Of a stretch of DNA of 64,000 bases, positions 23,938 through 37,013 are shown piece after piece; within the stretch, counting starts at the first letter, position 1; the number at the start of each line of letters is the position of its first letter. The position numbers and the translations under genes are program-made. This DNA comes from Octopus sinensis. Taxonomy: Eukaryota. The stretch spans positions 44,268,001 through 44,332,000 of the forward strand of contig NC_042998.1 of NCBI RefSeq assembly GCF_006345805.1, written 5' to 3'. Under the pieces are notes generated by a model. The model was given only the letters and a program-made list of their open reading frames with translations, did no database searches and was not told the origin of the DNA.

Positions 23938-25531
23938 TAGTTTTATTCTTATAGCGTGCTTTCACTTCACTACCGAGCGCAGCTCTGTGTGCCTTGGGTA
24001 TGTGCTGTGATTTGTTGTGATGCTCTGATGGTTATTGTATGGAAAGTGTTCTGCGTAGGATGTGTGCAGTGCCTAGTAGTGCAATTTTCTGTATGTTATA
24101 TGTGTTTGTAAGTCTTGGTGTTTTTGTTATGTATTTGTCTGAATATTTTTTTATCATGCCTAATGCACCTACTATGATAGGAATTGTTTCTGTTTTCAGA
24201 TTCCACATTCTAGTTACCTCTATTTCCATTCTAGTTACCTCTATTTCACGTTGTCATCAGCCGGTATTGATACATCAATTAGAAAGCATTATTTTTCTTC
24301 ATGATCTCTGACAACTATATCTGGTCTGTTGGCCTTAATTTCTCTATCTGTGTGTATCGGCATATCCCAGAGTATGGTTGCTTTCTCGTTTTCTGTGACC
24401 TTTTCTGGTGTGTGCCTATACCATCTTTTTTCTGTTGTTATTCCATAATGTTGGCATAGCTTCCAATGTATGTAGGTTCCAACTCTGTCATGTCTGTGAA
24501 TATATTCCTTCTTAGCCAGGACTGGGCAGCTAGAGATAATATGATTTATTTTTTCTTGTCCATCTCCACATATTCTGCAGTTACTTGTAATATTTCTTTT
24601 CATTACATGTTTTTGGTAATTTCTGGTGGGGAGGCTTTGGTCTTGTGCTGCAATTAAAAATCCCTCTGTTTCTGCTTTGAGTCCTGTGCTTCTCAACCAT
24701 TGCTGGGATTTTTCTTTGTCTATTTCTTTTGCGTTTAGTTTAGTCCAGTATTTACCATGAAGGGGCTTTTCTTGCCATTGTTTTATCATGGTTCGTTGCT
24801 GTTCTATTTTTAGTTTGGATTTCATTTGTTTTATAGCTTTTGTTGTTTCTTCATCTTCTTCTTCTTCATGTTTATTAGGTGGTATGATTTCTTGATTGTA
24901 TTTGTCAGCTTCCTTAAATACTGAGAACAGTTTATTGTTTTGCTCGTGTTTTGCCGCTATCTGGATCAGTTTTCCTTCCTTCTGAAGTAGATATTTTTGC
25001 AGTCCTATGGTGGTTATTTTATAGTAGTTTTCCAGCTGTATAAGGCCTCTACCACCTTCTATACGTTGTATATATAGTCTTTCTATGTCAGATTTTGGGT
25101 GATGCATCCTAGATCCTGTCATTATTTTTCTTGTTTTCCTATCTATTTTGGTCAGTTCATTTCGTGTCCAGTTAAGGATATTGTAGCTGTAACTTATAAC
25201 TGGGACAGCTAAAGTGTTGATACCTATTATCTTGTTTTTAGCATTGAGCTCTGTGTTTAGTATTGATCTAACTCGTCTATAATATTCTTTTTTTATTTTC
25301 TCTTTCATTTGTGTGGTGTGTCTTATCTAGTTCATGGATTCCTAAGTATTTGTAAGTTTGGCTTTGGTCTAATTCTTTTATTTCATTGTTTTATCTAGTG
25401 TGATGTTGTTACTCTTAACTAGTTTTCCTCTTTTCATGCTTACTTTGGCGCATTTTTCTAATCCAAATTTCATATCTATTTCTTTGGTAAATCCATGAAC
25501 TGTCTTTAATAGTGTTTCCAGCTGTTTGTCA
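23935..25531 (-). mobile_element. 5'-truncated R4/Dong-type RLE LINE
   Basis: Begins inside the RT. The 24289-25308 frame encodes the thumb region, CRICGD...HIISSC (CCHC), RHD and RPDIV. Its 3' UTR is identical to that of the full-length copy. (TAA)n lies on both sides. Confidence 0.88.
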
Positions 25532-25551
25532 TATTATTATTATTATTATTA

Positions 25552-25586
<35 letters not shown>

Positions 25587-25589
<3 letters not shown>

Positions 25590-28500
25590 TAGTTTTATTT
25601 TTATTTTTATAGCGTGCTTTCACTTCACTACCGAGCGCAGCTCTGTGTGCCTTGGGTATGTGCTGTGATTTGTTGTGATGTTCTGATGGTTATTGTATGG
25701 AAAGTGTTCTGCGTAGGATGTGTGCAGTGCCTAGTAGTGCAATTTTCTGTATGTTATATGTGTTTGTAAGTCCTGGTGTTTTTGTTATGTATTTGTCTGA
25801 ATATTTTTTTATCATGCCTAATGCACCTACTATGATAGGAATTGTTTCTGTTTTCAGATTCCACATTCTAGTTACCTCTATTTCCAGGTCTTTGTATTTT
25901 GAGAGTTTCTCCATTTCTTTTAGAGACACGTTGTCATCTGCCGGTGCTGATACATCAATTAGAAAGCATTTTTTTTTTTCATGGTCTCTGACAACTATAT
26001 CTGGTCTGTTGGCCTTAATTTCTCTATCTGTGTGTATCGGCATATCCAGAGTATGGTTGCTTTCTCGTTTTCTGTGACCTTTTCTGTGGTGTGTGCCTAT
26101 ACCATCTTTTTTCTGTTGTTATTCCATAATGTTGGCATAGCTTCCAATGTATGTAGGTTCCAACTCTGTCATGTCTGTGAATATATTCCTTCTTAGCCAG
26201 GACTGGGCAGCTAGAGATAATATTATTTATTGTTTCTTGTCCATCTCCACATATTCTGCAGTTACTTGTAATATTTCTTTTCATTACATGTTTTTGGTAA
26301 TTTCTGGTGGGGAGGCTTTGGTCTTGTGCTGCAATTAAAAATCCCTCTGTTTCTGCTTTGAGTCCTGAGCTTCTCAACCATTGCTGGGATTTTTCTTTGT
26401 CTATTTCTTTTGCGTTTAGTTTAGTCCAGTATTTACCATGAAGGGGCTTTTCTTGCCATCGTTTTATCATGGTTCGTTGCTGTTCTATTTTTAGTTTGGA
26501 TTTCATTTTTTTTATAGCTTTTGTTTCTTTCTTCATCTTCTTCTTCTTCTTCATGTTTATTAGGTGGTATGATTTCTTGTTTGTATTTGTCAGCTTCCTT
26601 AAATACTGAGAACAGTTTTTTGTTTTGCTCGTGTTTTGCCGCTATCTGGATCAGTTTTCCTTCCTTCTGAAGTAGATATTTTTGCAGTCCTATGGTGGTT
26701 ATTTTATAGTAGTTTTCCAGCTGTATAAGGCCTCTACCACCTTCTATACGTTGTATATATAGTCTTTCTATGTCAGATTTTGGGTGATGCATCCTAGATC
26801 CTGTCATATATTTTTCTTGTTTTCCTGTCTATTTTGGTCAGTTCATTTCGTGTCCAGTTAAGGATATTGTAGCTGTAACTTATAACTGGGACAGCTAAAG
26901 TGTTGATACCTATTATCTTGTTTTTAGCATTGAGCTCTATGTTTAGTATTGATCTAACTCGTCTATAATATTCTTTTTTATTTTCTCTTTCATTTGTGTG
27001 TGTTGTGTCTTATCTAGTTCATGGATTCCTAAATATTTGTAAGTTTGGCTTTGGTCTAATTCTTTTATTTCATTTGCTTCATCTAGTGTGATGTTGTTAC
27101 TCTTAACTAATTTTCCTCTTTTCATGGTTACTTTGGCGCATTTTTCTAATCCAAATTTCATATCTATTTCTTTGGTAAATCCATGAACTGTCTTTAATAG
27201 TGTTTCCAGCTGTTTGTCATTTGCAGCGTATAGTTTTAGGTCATCCATATATAAAAGGTGGCTGATCGTTTTGCTGTAACATTTATATCCGCATCCAGTT
27301 CTATTTAGCATATCAGATAGAGGTGACAGTGCCAAGCAGAAAAGGAGTGGAGAGAGCGTATCTCCCTGGAATATTCCTCTTCTAATCGGGATGTCTTTGG
27401 TTTTCATGAGTCCCTCTTTTGTTTGGAGGTTTAGGACTGTTTGCCATTTATTCATAGAGTGCTCTATGAATTTTATGATTGTTGGTGCTACTTTGTTAAT
27501 GGCTAGTGTTTCGAGGATCCATGTGTGGGGGTTGCTATCAAACGCCTTTTTGTAGTCAATCCAGGCCATAATGAGGCCTTTCTTCTTTCTGTGACTGTCT
27601 TCAGTTATGGCTTTATTAATCATTAGTTGATCTTTACAGCCATATGAGCCTTTGCGGCATCCTTTCTGCTCTTCTGGAACAGTTTGTTTTCGTCCAGGTG
27701 CTTGTTCAGCCTTTGTGATATCACTGCCAGTAAATGCCTTGAACATAGTAGGGAGGCAGGTTATTGGTCTGTAGTTTTCTGGTTTTTCTGTTTCATTTGA
27801 TTTGGGAATTAAGATGGTTTTCCCCTTCGTGAGCCATTCAGGCATTGTCTATGGCTCTGCTAGTACGTTGTTAAAGTTTTCAGCCAGCTTTTTGTGCATT
27901 CCTGTTAGATATTTCAACCAGAAGTTGGGGATCTTGTCATGCCCAGGTGCCTTCCAGTTGCTTAGTCTTTGCAGTGCCTGGTGACCTCTTCAGTTGTTAT
28001 GGGGGTCCAAGTTTGTTCAGATGCCGAGTTTGTTATTTTGATACTCCTTTTTTTTGGTGGTTCGTTCGCCGACCATATTTCTCCCCAGAATTCTTCCAAT
28101 TCTTCTGCCGTTGGTGCTGCAGTGACTTCTATTTTATTTTTGCCCAGTTCTTGGTAGAACTTTTTGGGGTCGGAGTTGAACTTTTTGTTCTGTTCAAAGA
28201 AGCGTTGGCGTTTCTCGTACCGGCGGATCCTTTGAGCTTTGGCAAGGATATCTTGCTTCAGCTTTTCTTTTATCTCCGGCAAATCTTTTTCTGTGGTGTT
28301 ATATTTGCGGAGCATTTTTGTTCTCTTTTTGTTGCTCAGCAGCGTTGCTTGTTTGCTGATTTCATTAAGACTCGACAGGTCTTTTCTAATTTTTTTTATT
28401 TTGTTTTGGATGTTATTTATCCACAGGGTTTGTTTGGGTGGTGGTACTCCTGTTCGGGCGGGTTTGGGTGAGTATCCAGCTTCTTTTGTGGCTGCAGTGG

Positions 28501-29552
28501 CTGCTGCGTATATCAAGTCATTTAGTTCAGTGATATCACTTTTTTTTGTTTCAGTGGCTAGTTCAGTGACGGCTAGGTTTATGTTGTTTATAATTGGTGT
28601 TGTTATTGCGTTTATTTTTATTCTTGGGAGGTATGGTCGGTGGTCCATTTTGAGCTGTGTGGTTTTTAGTTCTTTGATTATTTTATTTTTTATATTATCA
28701 TAATCATTAGGCTCCCCTTCGTTGTTTACATCGTGTTTGTTGGGAATGTTGCGTTTGTCTTCGTGTTTTACAGTTTCAGTGTTTATATTATTGGGCATTG
28801 TTGTGTGGCTTCTATCTACATTTTCCTGGTGTATGTTTTCTTTTAGGTGTTCTATTTCTATTTCTGATATTTTTTTTGTGTTGAGAATGTATCTTCGTAC
28901 GTTAGCTAATTTATTAGGGTTCATTGCTGTATCCAAGTCTAAATCTCTATTATTTTCCTTCCATATTTTATATGTATGTGTTGTTGTATTTTCATTTTTG
29001 GGGTAGAGTACTGCTGTGAAGTATGCGTGTAAGATAGAAATGTATTCCTCACGTGTCCATTTACGTCTTTTGGGTTTTATTTGCGGGACATGAGGTACAA
29101 CGTCCGGCCCATTATTTTGACGGTCGTCATTTTCGTAGGGTACCGGTCCGTTTATTTCTGTTGTCACATTATTTCGCACGTGTAGTTTTTCGTACATTTT
29201 TTGTTGTAGGTTTAATGTACGTACCGCTCGATTGTTATTCTTGGGTTGAATAGTATCGGTGGCATTTAATTTCTTCGTAGTTCCTTTGTACATGGTGTTT
29301 GGGGTCGGAGATGATCGTGATGTTTCACGCATGTTTACATGTGTTGCGTTAGAGGTGGAGATGATATCGAGTCAAAATACATCATTTCGTTTCGAAAATA
29401 GTAATAAATTTCAGTTTGTATTACTTACTCGGATACAGTCCAATTCTTTGTTAGTAAAACTTTGGCTCCATAGGATGTCCTTGTTTTCGATGTTTGTGGA
29501 TAGGTTTCGGAGCTCTGAATTTTCCTTCTTACATCTTTATAGTCCCCCGGTG
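25587..29552 (-). mobile_element. Full-length R4/Dong-type non-LTR retrotransposon (RT + CCHC + restriction-like endonuclease), frameshifted as assembled
   Basis: N-terminal RRKWTREEY...LANVRRYI (Myb-like). RT motifs NYRPITCL, QKGCR, WIDYKKAFDS, GIFQGDTLSPLLF and LLYMDDLKLYA. C-terminus CRICG...RHD...RPDIVV...LIDVS...EKLSKYKDL...IPIIVGALG. No APE domain. Both ends sit in (TAA)n, the known target of Bombyx Dong. Confidence 0.9.
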
Positions 29553-29573
29553 TTATTATTATTATTATTATTA

Positions 29574-29624
<51 letters not shown>

Positions 29625-30289
29625 TTACAGCATTAATACGTCGAAATCTTGGTTGAAAATGTTTACGATATGAAGAAATATCACAAAATTCCGATTGTTG
29701 AATTCTGAATCAATCATTAATATAATTAAATACGGTGGCTAATTACATATCTCTTTAATGTATGCTTTGCTTTCGCACTAATTGTCATATACTAAATGTC
29801 TAATCTACCTATTCGTGTCACGTTGTTGACTCTGCTGGGGCCGAAACATGAAATATTCCTATCTATCATCGCTGATGTCTCCTTTTCGACTAATTAGCAA
29901 TTTGATAAACCGAGGTAGGATTGGCTAACTAGGAATTTGTTGGCAAATATATTTGTTATAGACAGTAAAACCTCCATAGATGTTACCAGATTAATGTGAC
30001 ATTCGTGTAATGACTATCATTGTGTGTGACTACTGCAGCGGTTATTGTTGATGTTTTATTTTTGTTTTGTTTTTTTCTACTGTTGCAGCAGTTAGAGATG
30101 ATGATGATGATGAATATGACAATAACGATATTGGCATCTTCATTTTGCCGCGGGCTAGACTTAAATTAGGAAACCATTAATAAAAAAACCTTCCAGCAAT
30201 CACCTTTTCCTGCCTTTTTAAATTATGTGTGCGTGTATAATTATATATATATATATAATTATACTGGTCGCCATGATAGATCGTTAACC

Positions 30290-30456
30290 ATTACACACAT
30301 TTTTTCTCTCCTTGTTTTTTCTGTGTCCCTTTCTGTAGAAGAGCGTAGGCTCGAAACGTAAAATACTTTTTCTATTCCTGAGAGTTATACTAATACATCT
30401 GTTTGTTTTGTACACCACCTGTCTTCGTATTTCGTTTTTTTCGCAAACTCTCCCTA
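30290..30456 (+). mobile_element. Penelope-type pseudo-LTR remnant, family B, with hammerhead-like motif at 30330-30363
   Basis: ttt CTGTAGA A GAGC gtag GCTC GAAAC GT A aaa. Homologous to 1742-1885 and followed by (TA)n. Confidence 0.6.
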
Positions 30457-30462
30457 TATATA

Positions 30463-30493
<31 letters not shown>

Positions 30494-30758
30494 GAGTAAA
30501 TAATTTCTATAAAGGCTTTTTAAAAAAACCCCAATTATTTACTGGTAGAATTCGGTATGTAAATATAGCCGATTACCGGCAGGAACTTCTGTAAAGTTCA
30601 GTATATATATTGTATATAAGAATTACATATTGCATATGTGAATTACAGGGTTTGTCGTGCCCGGAGTCCAACTTTGATAGAAATAAGCATTCTTGACTGC
30701 TATTTCTATTTTTTCGGTATTCGGTCAAGCAACCTGTTGCCTGTCCCTTTTTCTTATA

Positions 30759-30874
<116 letters not shown>

Positions 30875-31397
30875 CGAAGGTTATAATGGACACAGGTTCG
30901 TATGTCACATAGCTAGTTAGAGGCGGTTGCCTCTTGGATCTAATGAACGGCAGCATTCGTCTTATTTTTCTGGACTGCCATGTTAGCTTGGCGATAACTA
31001 TTAATATCCACCGCTGCCGTAGTCTCCTTTACAGGGTCTAATAAATATCAATATTTCAATTTTCGAAAACCTGTGGATGTATTCCACTGAATTTAGGTAA
31101 ATAATCCTTCGAACAGACGGTCAGTAGCGACACACGCTGGGTTCGTCTATTATTCTGCTGCTACATTTAGTGAGTTATCCTGTTTATCTATTGTTATTTT
31201 ACGTTGATGGTTGTTGTTGGACTTGTTGAATTTGAAACTTGAACGTCGTGTTTACGTTACTTTTCGCCCTGCGGGGCGGAATAACGGTTTTTTCATCTGT
31301 GCTATTTTTGTGAGGAGATAAATATGTTTCTGTTATAGAAAAATGTAATTTTCTGTAAACTGTTTTCCTGTTAAAGGAAAAATAATTTTTATGAACA

Positions 31398-32100
31398 ATG
31401 GAGGACGACTTGGTGTCACGCCTCAATTTTTTGCTGTGCAACGTGGACTTCCCGCTTTTGCAGGAAGAAAATAACCAGACAGAACAGGTTAATCAAGTCA
31501 ACTAAGAAGGAAATAAGGAAGAGAAAAAGGTTGACAGTTTTTCTGCCGCCGATGGCGGACAATTCCAACATATTGAAGTTTCGAAAGAACATTTATTTAA
31601 ATATAGAAATTTAATTTAAAACACAGGCAATGAAACAAGGTTAATTCCACCAAAGTAAATAATGCAAAATCTAGCTGCGAGAATTGTTATATATAAGATA
31701 TATAAACAGAAAAGAGAAGATAATTATAATGATGAAGACTGAAATAATTGAAAACTGTTTCGCCCCCGTTTGGCAAAAAATAAAATACGTAGGAAAAGGT
31801 CCTCGCAACGCTACAATAGAGGCTCAATTTGAAAGCGCCGAAGTGGCCAAAGAAATATCTATACTGACGTTGAAAACGGATGAAATTATGTTATTACCCA
31901 CGTACCTCGTCCGGAGAACCGCAAAAATTATAATAGAGGAAATTCCGGCCGGGTACGATGCGTACAGGATGGTAGCAGCGTTAATCTACGATGCAGAGGA
32001 AGAAATTAACATTCTCTCCTTGAAAAAGAGAGAGGCACTCAATTGGAAGGGGCAGACCCTGGAATTATTCGTTCAAGCCTCTAATGAGACCCTGGAATCC
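31398..32100 (+). pseudogene. Decayed ORF, probably LINE ORF1 (gag-like)
   Basis: ATG at 31398 (MEDDLVSRLNFLLCNVDF...) runs through three in-frame stops, then shifts into the 31684-32118 frame (KGPRNATIEAQFESAEVAKEIS...RRTAKIIIEEIP...LELFVQASNETLESI), which has an RRM-like ORF1 character. The family assignment is an inference. Confidence 0.45.
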
Positions 32101-32114
32101 ATATATATATATAT

Positions 32115-34397
32115 ATAAGAATGAATGTTTTTATATATAATGAACGTGAAATACAGGAAGGGACGAACACGGAACACAGACAAATCATTCGAAGCCTTCA
32201 ATCTTCAGTCAGACACCGAATCATCATAGCAAATTTCGGCTGTTCAATTCTGATATTTGCTCCAACTCGGCCAGCCCCAAGAAAAAAACTAAGCAGTAAG
32301 CATTAGATTTCTTGGTAGAAGACAGGAATGTGAACGCACAAGACGGATGTGAATACAAGAGACGAAAACGAAATTGAAAACAGTAATGAATAAACAAAAC
32401 ATATATAACGATGGTTGTCATACGACTTTAGACCAAATGAGACAAAAACACAACAACAACATAGCTGGCGTAGAAATAATTACCGTTTCGGTAGCGGGGA
32501 CACATGTTGGTCGAGATACGAAGGCCAACAGAATGGTTTAAGAAGCAGCAGGTCGCAGGAGAGAGAGAAAAAGAGAGACAGAGAGAGAGGGAATCAAAGA
32601 GGCTGGAAGGCAGGGGACAGAATCAGTGACCAAGAGAAAAGGAGAAAGAAGGGATTAAGGAGGATGGGAGGAAGAGGGGAGGAAGAGAGGGGAAGAATCG
32701 GAGGGCGCCAAAAAGTTTGGTGAAGAAGCAATGGCGGGTAGTAAAAGACAGTGTGTATAGAAGTCGTGCAGGGTTTAAAATTGGACAAACAAACGGGGGG
32801 GTGCACGTAACGCCGCAATAATATAAGAATGAATGTTTTTATATATAATGAACGTGAAATACAGGAAGGGACGAACACGGAACACAGACAAATCATTCGA
32901 AGCCTTCAATCTTCAGTCAGACACCGAATCATCATAGCAAATTTCGGCTGTTCAATTCTGATATTTGCTCCAACTCGGCCAGCCCCAAGAAAAAAACTAA
33001 GCAGTAAGCATTAGATTTCTTGGTAGAAGACAGGAATGTGAACGCACAAGACGGATGTGAATACAAGAGACGAAAACGAAATTGAAAACAGTAATGAATA
33101 AACAAAACATATATAACGATGGTTGTCATACGACTTTAGACCAAATGAGACAAAAACACAACAACAACATAGCTGGCGTAGAAATAATTACCGTTTCGGT
33201 AGCGGGGACACATGTTGGTCGAGATACGAAGGCCAACAGAATGGTTTAAGAAGCAGCAGGTCGCAGAGAGAGAGAAAAAGAGAGACAGAGAGAGAGGGAA
33301 TCAAAGAGGCTGGAAGGCAGGGGACATCAGTGACCAAGAGAAAAGGAGAAAGAAGGGATTAAGGAGGATGGGAGGAAGAGGGGAGGAAGAGAGGGGAAGA
33401 ATCGGAGGGCGCCAAAAAGTTTGGTGAAGAAGCAATGGCGGGTAGTAAAAGACATGTGTATAGAAGTCGTGCAGGGTTTAAAATTGGACAAACAAACGGG
33501 GGGGTGCACGTACGAACGCCGCATAATATAAGAATGAATGTTTTTATATATAATGAACGTGAAATACAGGAAGGGACGAACACGAACACAGACAAATCAT
33601 TCGAAGCCTTCAATCTTCAGTCAGACACCGAATCATCATAGCAAATTTCGGCTGTTCAATTCTGATATTTGCTCCAACTCGGCCAGCCCCAAGAAAAAAC
33701 TAAGCAGTAAGCATTAGATTTCTTGGTAGAAGACAGGAATGTGAACGCACAAGACGGATGTGAATACAAGAGACGAAAACGAAATTGAAAACAGTAATGA
33801 ATAAACAAAACATATATAACGATGGTGTCATACGACTTTAGACCAAATGAGACAAAAACACAACAACAACATAGCTGGCGTAGAAATAATTACCGTTTCG
33901 GTAGCGGGACACATGTTGGTCGAGATACGAAGGCCACAGAATGGTTTAAGAAGCAGCAGGTCGCAGGAGAGAGAGAAAAAGAGAGACCAGAGAGAGGGAA
34001 TCAAAGAGGCTGGAAGGCAGGGGACAGAATCAGTGACCAAGAGAAAAGGAGAAAGAAGGGATTAAGGAGGATGGGAGGAAGAGGGGAGGAAGAGAGGGAA
34101 GAATCGGAGGGCGCCAAAAAGTTTGGTGAAGAAGCAATGGCGGGTAGTAAAAGACAGTGTGTATAGAAGTCGTGCAGGTTTAAAATTGGACAAACAACGG
34201 GGGGGTGCACGTAACGCCGCAATAATATAAGAATGAATGTTTTTTATATAATGAACGTGAAATACAGGAAGGGACGAACACGAACACAGACAATCATTCG
34301 AAGCCTTCAATCTTCAGTCAGACACCGAATCATCATAGCAAATTTCGGCTGTTCAATTCTGATATTTGCTCCAACTCGGCCAGCCCCAAGAAAAAAC
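32115..34397. repeat. Tandem array of a ~700-708 bp unit (about 3.25 copies)
   Basis: The unit start aagaATGaatgtttttatatataatgaacgtg recurs with ATG at 32121, 32829, 33534 and 34233. Copies differ mainly by 1-3 nt indels. Confidence 0.95.
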
Positions 34398-34439
34398 TAT
34401 ATATTCTCATGCATGTAGATATATATCTAGACAGGCTCA

Positions 34440-35290
34440 TATATATTTAATTGATAAACTTCACGAAAGTTTCGCAGATTTTTACAGTTGCAGTGATGGA
34501 TTGGATCTGTAATCTTCAAATTAGCTTTCTCTTTTCTGGTTTTGAGAAGCCTAATATTTCAAGATTGGTATTTAGGCAGCGTCTTACATATCTCAGGGCC
34601 CCAATAATAACAGGTATAAACCTGAACATGTAATCTGGATACAGTAACCGCAGATTTATCAATAGTTTAGAATAGGTGTTCTCTTTTTCACTGATCTTGA
34701 CTTTTATGTTAACATCTGTTGGGCAGCTAATTTCCACAACTGTGCACAGTTTCTCTTCTCTATCCCAAATCATTATATTATGCCTGTTGTACTTACATTT
34801 TATTGAGGTCTTCCCTGATACATTCCACCAGTATTTCTTTTTATTATGAGTGGCTATGTCTTCTATTATATTGTGGGTTCTTATTCCTTTATCCTCGGGA
34901 TTATCCTTCCGGCGGATTTCATTATAGAGTGTGCATCGGCATGTCTCATCGGTAGATAATACCGTGATGACATTTTCAGACAACTGTTTATGATGTGGGT
35001 GATATCTCAGGGTGAATTCCACCAAGTCTGAATCGGTTGTCAGACGTTACGTATTTTCCTGCATTTCTACTCCTTTGTGCATCAGGTTGATATTTCCTGT
35101 TCCTTGAGTGCAAGCGCTTACCCTTCAAATTGGGAGGTAGTAATCCGGCTATTGGTCCATGATAAACTGCTTTGATGATCGATGTTACTATGATCACGGA
35201 GCTTTCTAGTAACATATCGATGTATAGCCTTCTGCTCATATAGGCTCATCCTTTCATCTGATGATATTTGCGGTAGAGTTGTGCGACTTC
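34440..35290 (-). mobile_element. Decayed 3' part of a second RLE-type (R4-like) LINE family
   Basis: ...YWWNVSGKTSIKCKYNRHNIMIWDREEKLCTVVEISCPTD...EKENTY...FIPVIIGAL is a degenerate PD-(D/E)xK domain. A remnant of the CCHC region lies upstream. Confidence 0.7.
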
Positions 35291-35473
35291 TTTGGGCATG
35301 TATGTAAGTATGTATGTATATATGTAAGTATGTATGTAAGTATGTATGTATGTATGTATGTATGTATGTATGTATGTATGTATGTATGTATGTATGTATG
35401 TATGTATGTATGTGCAGATTTCTAGGTTTTATGTATGTATTCTCATGCATATAGTTACTTGTACTTGTACTTA

Positions 35474-35830
35474 TGGCGACATTCACCCTGGGCGGGTTGA
35501 GTAGGCTTCTTCTACTCATGGAAGAAGTTTCGTGGGAATATGTGGATTTCACAAGCGGTCCCCAACAATCCCGCATGTGGAGACATCCTGTTTGCCGCAG
35601 ATTGTCCGCAGACGCAGGGACAGATCGTCCGAGGAGCCGCCGGTTGCCGAAGCAGGATTTTCACCAGAGCCCCGTCTGCCGGGTTGTGGCCCTAATACCA
35701 CTCGGTGTCAGACAAATCCGCCTTGGGTGGCCCTACCAGGAACCGAAGTTCCCGACGGCATATCTTTGACATTACTCGTTGCCAGCGTCCCCACCACGGT
35801 GAGGAGGGGATGGACTTTGGGGACGCATAT
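35474..35830 (-). mobile_element. RTE-clade LINE 5' UTR fragment
   Basis: Minus strand ccgtggtgggg...atgccgtcgggaacttcggttcctggtagggccacccaaggcgga resembles RTE/BovB-type 5' ends. It is a GC-rich island between (TATG)n tracts. Confidence 0.55.
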
Positions 35831-36969
35831 AGGGGATGCATATCGTTGCATATGTATGAATGTATGTACGTATGTGTGTATGAATTTATGTAATATGTAT
35901 ATAAACTTGCACTGTCGAATATATTCCTCGTCTTTTCTTTTTTCTATAAATGCAATACATAGCATATGATTGAGTCAAGATTAGCTACTGTTTCTTCCAA
36001 GCTGAAAAACCATATCGACGCTCTCTCCTTGATTCGTTCACGTATTTACTATTGCGTCATGTAGAAAGGATAGTGATGTGAAAGTAGCTGGAGGCAAGAA
36101 TGTAAATGTATTATTACAGAAAATTAAGCTGTTTCTTCTGTGAGTAAGAGGGAGAGTATATAAAATCATTGTCAATCAAAAATACTGTTTTATTTTTACC
36201 TCTTTTTCAATTGCAATCGAAATTGATAATAAGGAAAATTGATTAAGCGTAGGTGGAAAGAAGCATTTTAGATATGCCACTGCTCAAGCTTCCATTAAAT
36301 TTTATTCTCAAAGAAAATGTCGCAGATGTGCAGAGGTGGAAAGCTAGAAAGCGAGAAAGAAAGAGACCGATGATATTTGCTTATTTAAAATAAATAAACG
36401 CTTGCATATTTTTGTAAGTATATAAATGTATACTTATATGTGGATGCACGTTTGTTAGTTTACAAACACAAGCATGGATGCAGTGTAAAAATGAATCATA
36501 CCTAAGAGGATAGATAAAAATTATGCATGTATGTATAAACACACATACACAGTACATACACACATACACACATACACACGTACACACGTACATACACACA
36601 TACACACGTACATACACACACGCATAAACAAACAGGGAGAGAGAGAGGGGGGAGTTAACGTCATAAGAATTTATACACTTAGATAGAACACGAAATATTT
36701 CTTGTTTGTTTTGTTTTATTGTAATAGTGGATCTCGAATTAAATAAAGCTATAAATAAGAGCATGTGGATATTGGATTAAAGCCCTTTGCGAAACGAAAG
36801 ATGAAGGTTGCTCCTGGGACTCGAAGCAACATTTCCAGTTAGGACAGACGTTCCACTATTGCAGCAAAGCATTCCTTTGAATTTCTCGATCCCTTTTAGA
36901 AAGTTTATTTATTTAGAAACTTTATTTACGCGGGGCTGAGGGTACAAAAAGTTAAAGAGACAGAACGCT

Positions 36970-36970
36970 T

Positions 36971-37013
<43 letters not shown>

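Noticed and set aside
27947-29636. Plus-strand ORFs overlapping the Dong element (also 24039-26338 and 19474-20203 over the Tx1 element)
   Set aside because: They are antisense shadows of retrotransposon coding sequence.
35700-35800. HDV-like ribozyme in the RTE 5' UTR
   Set aside because: P1- and P4-like helices can be drawn, but no convincing P2/P3/P1.1 nested pseudoknot. Not called.
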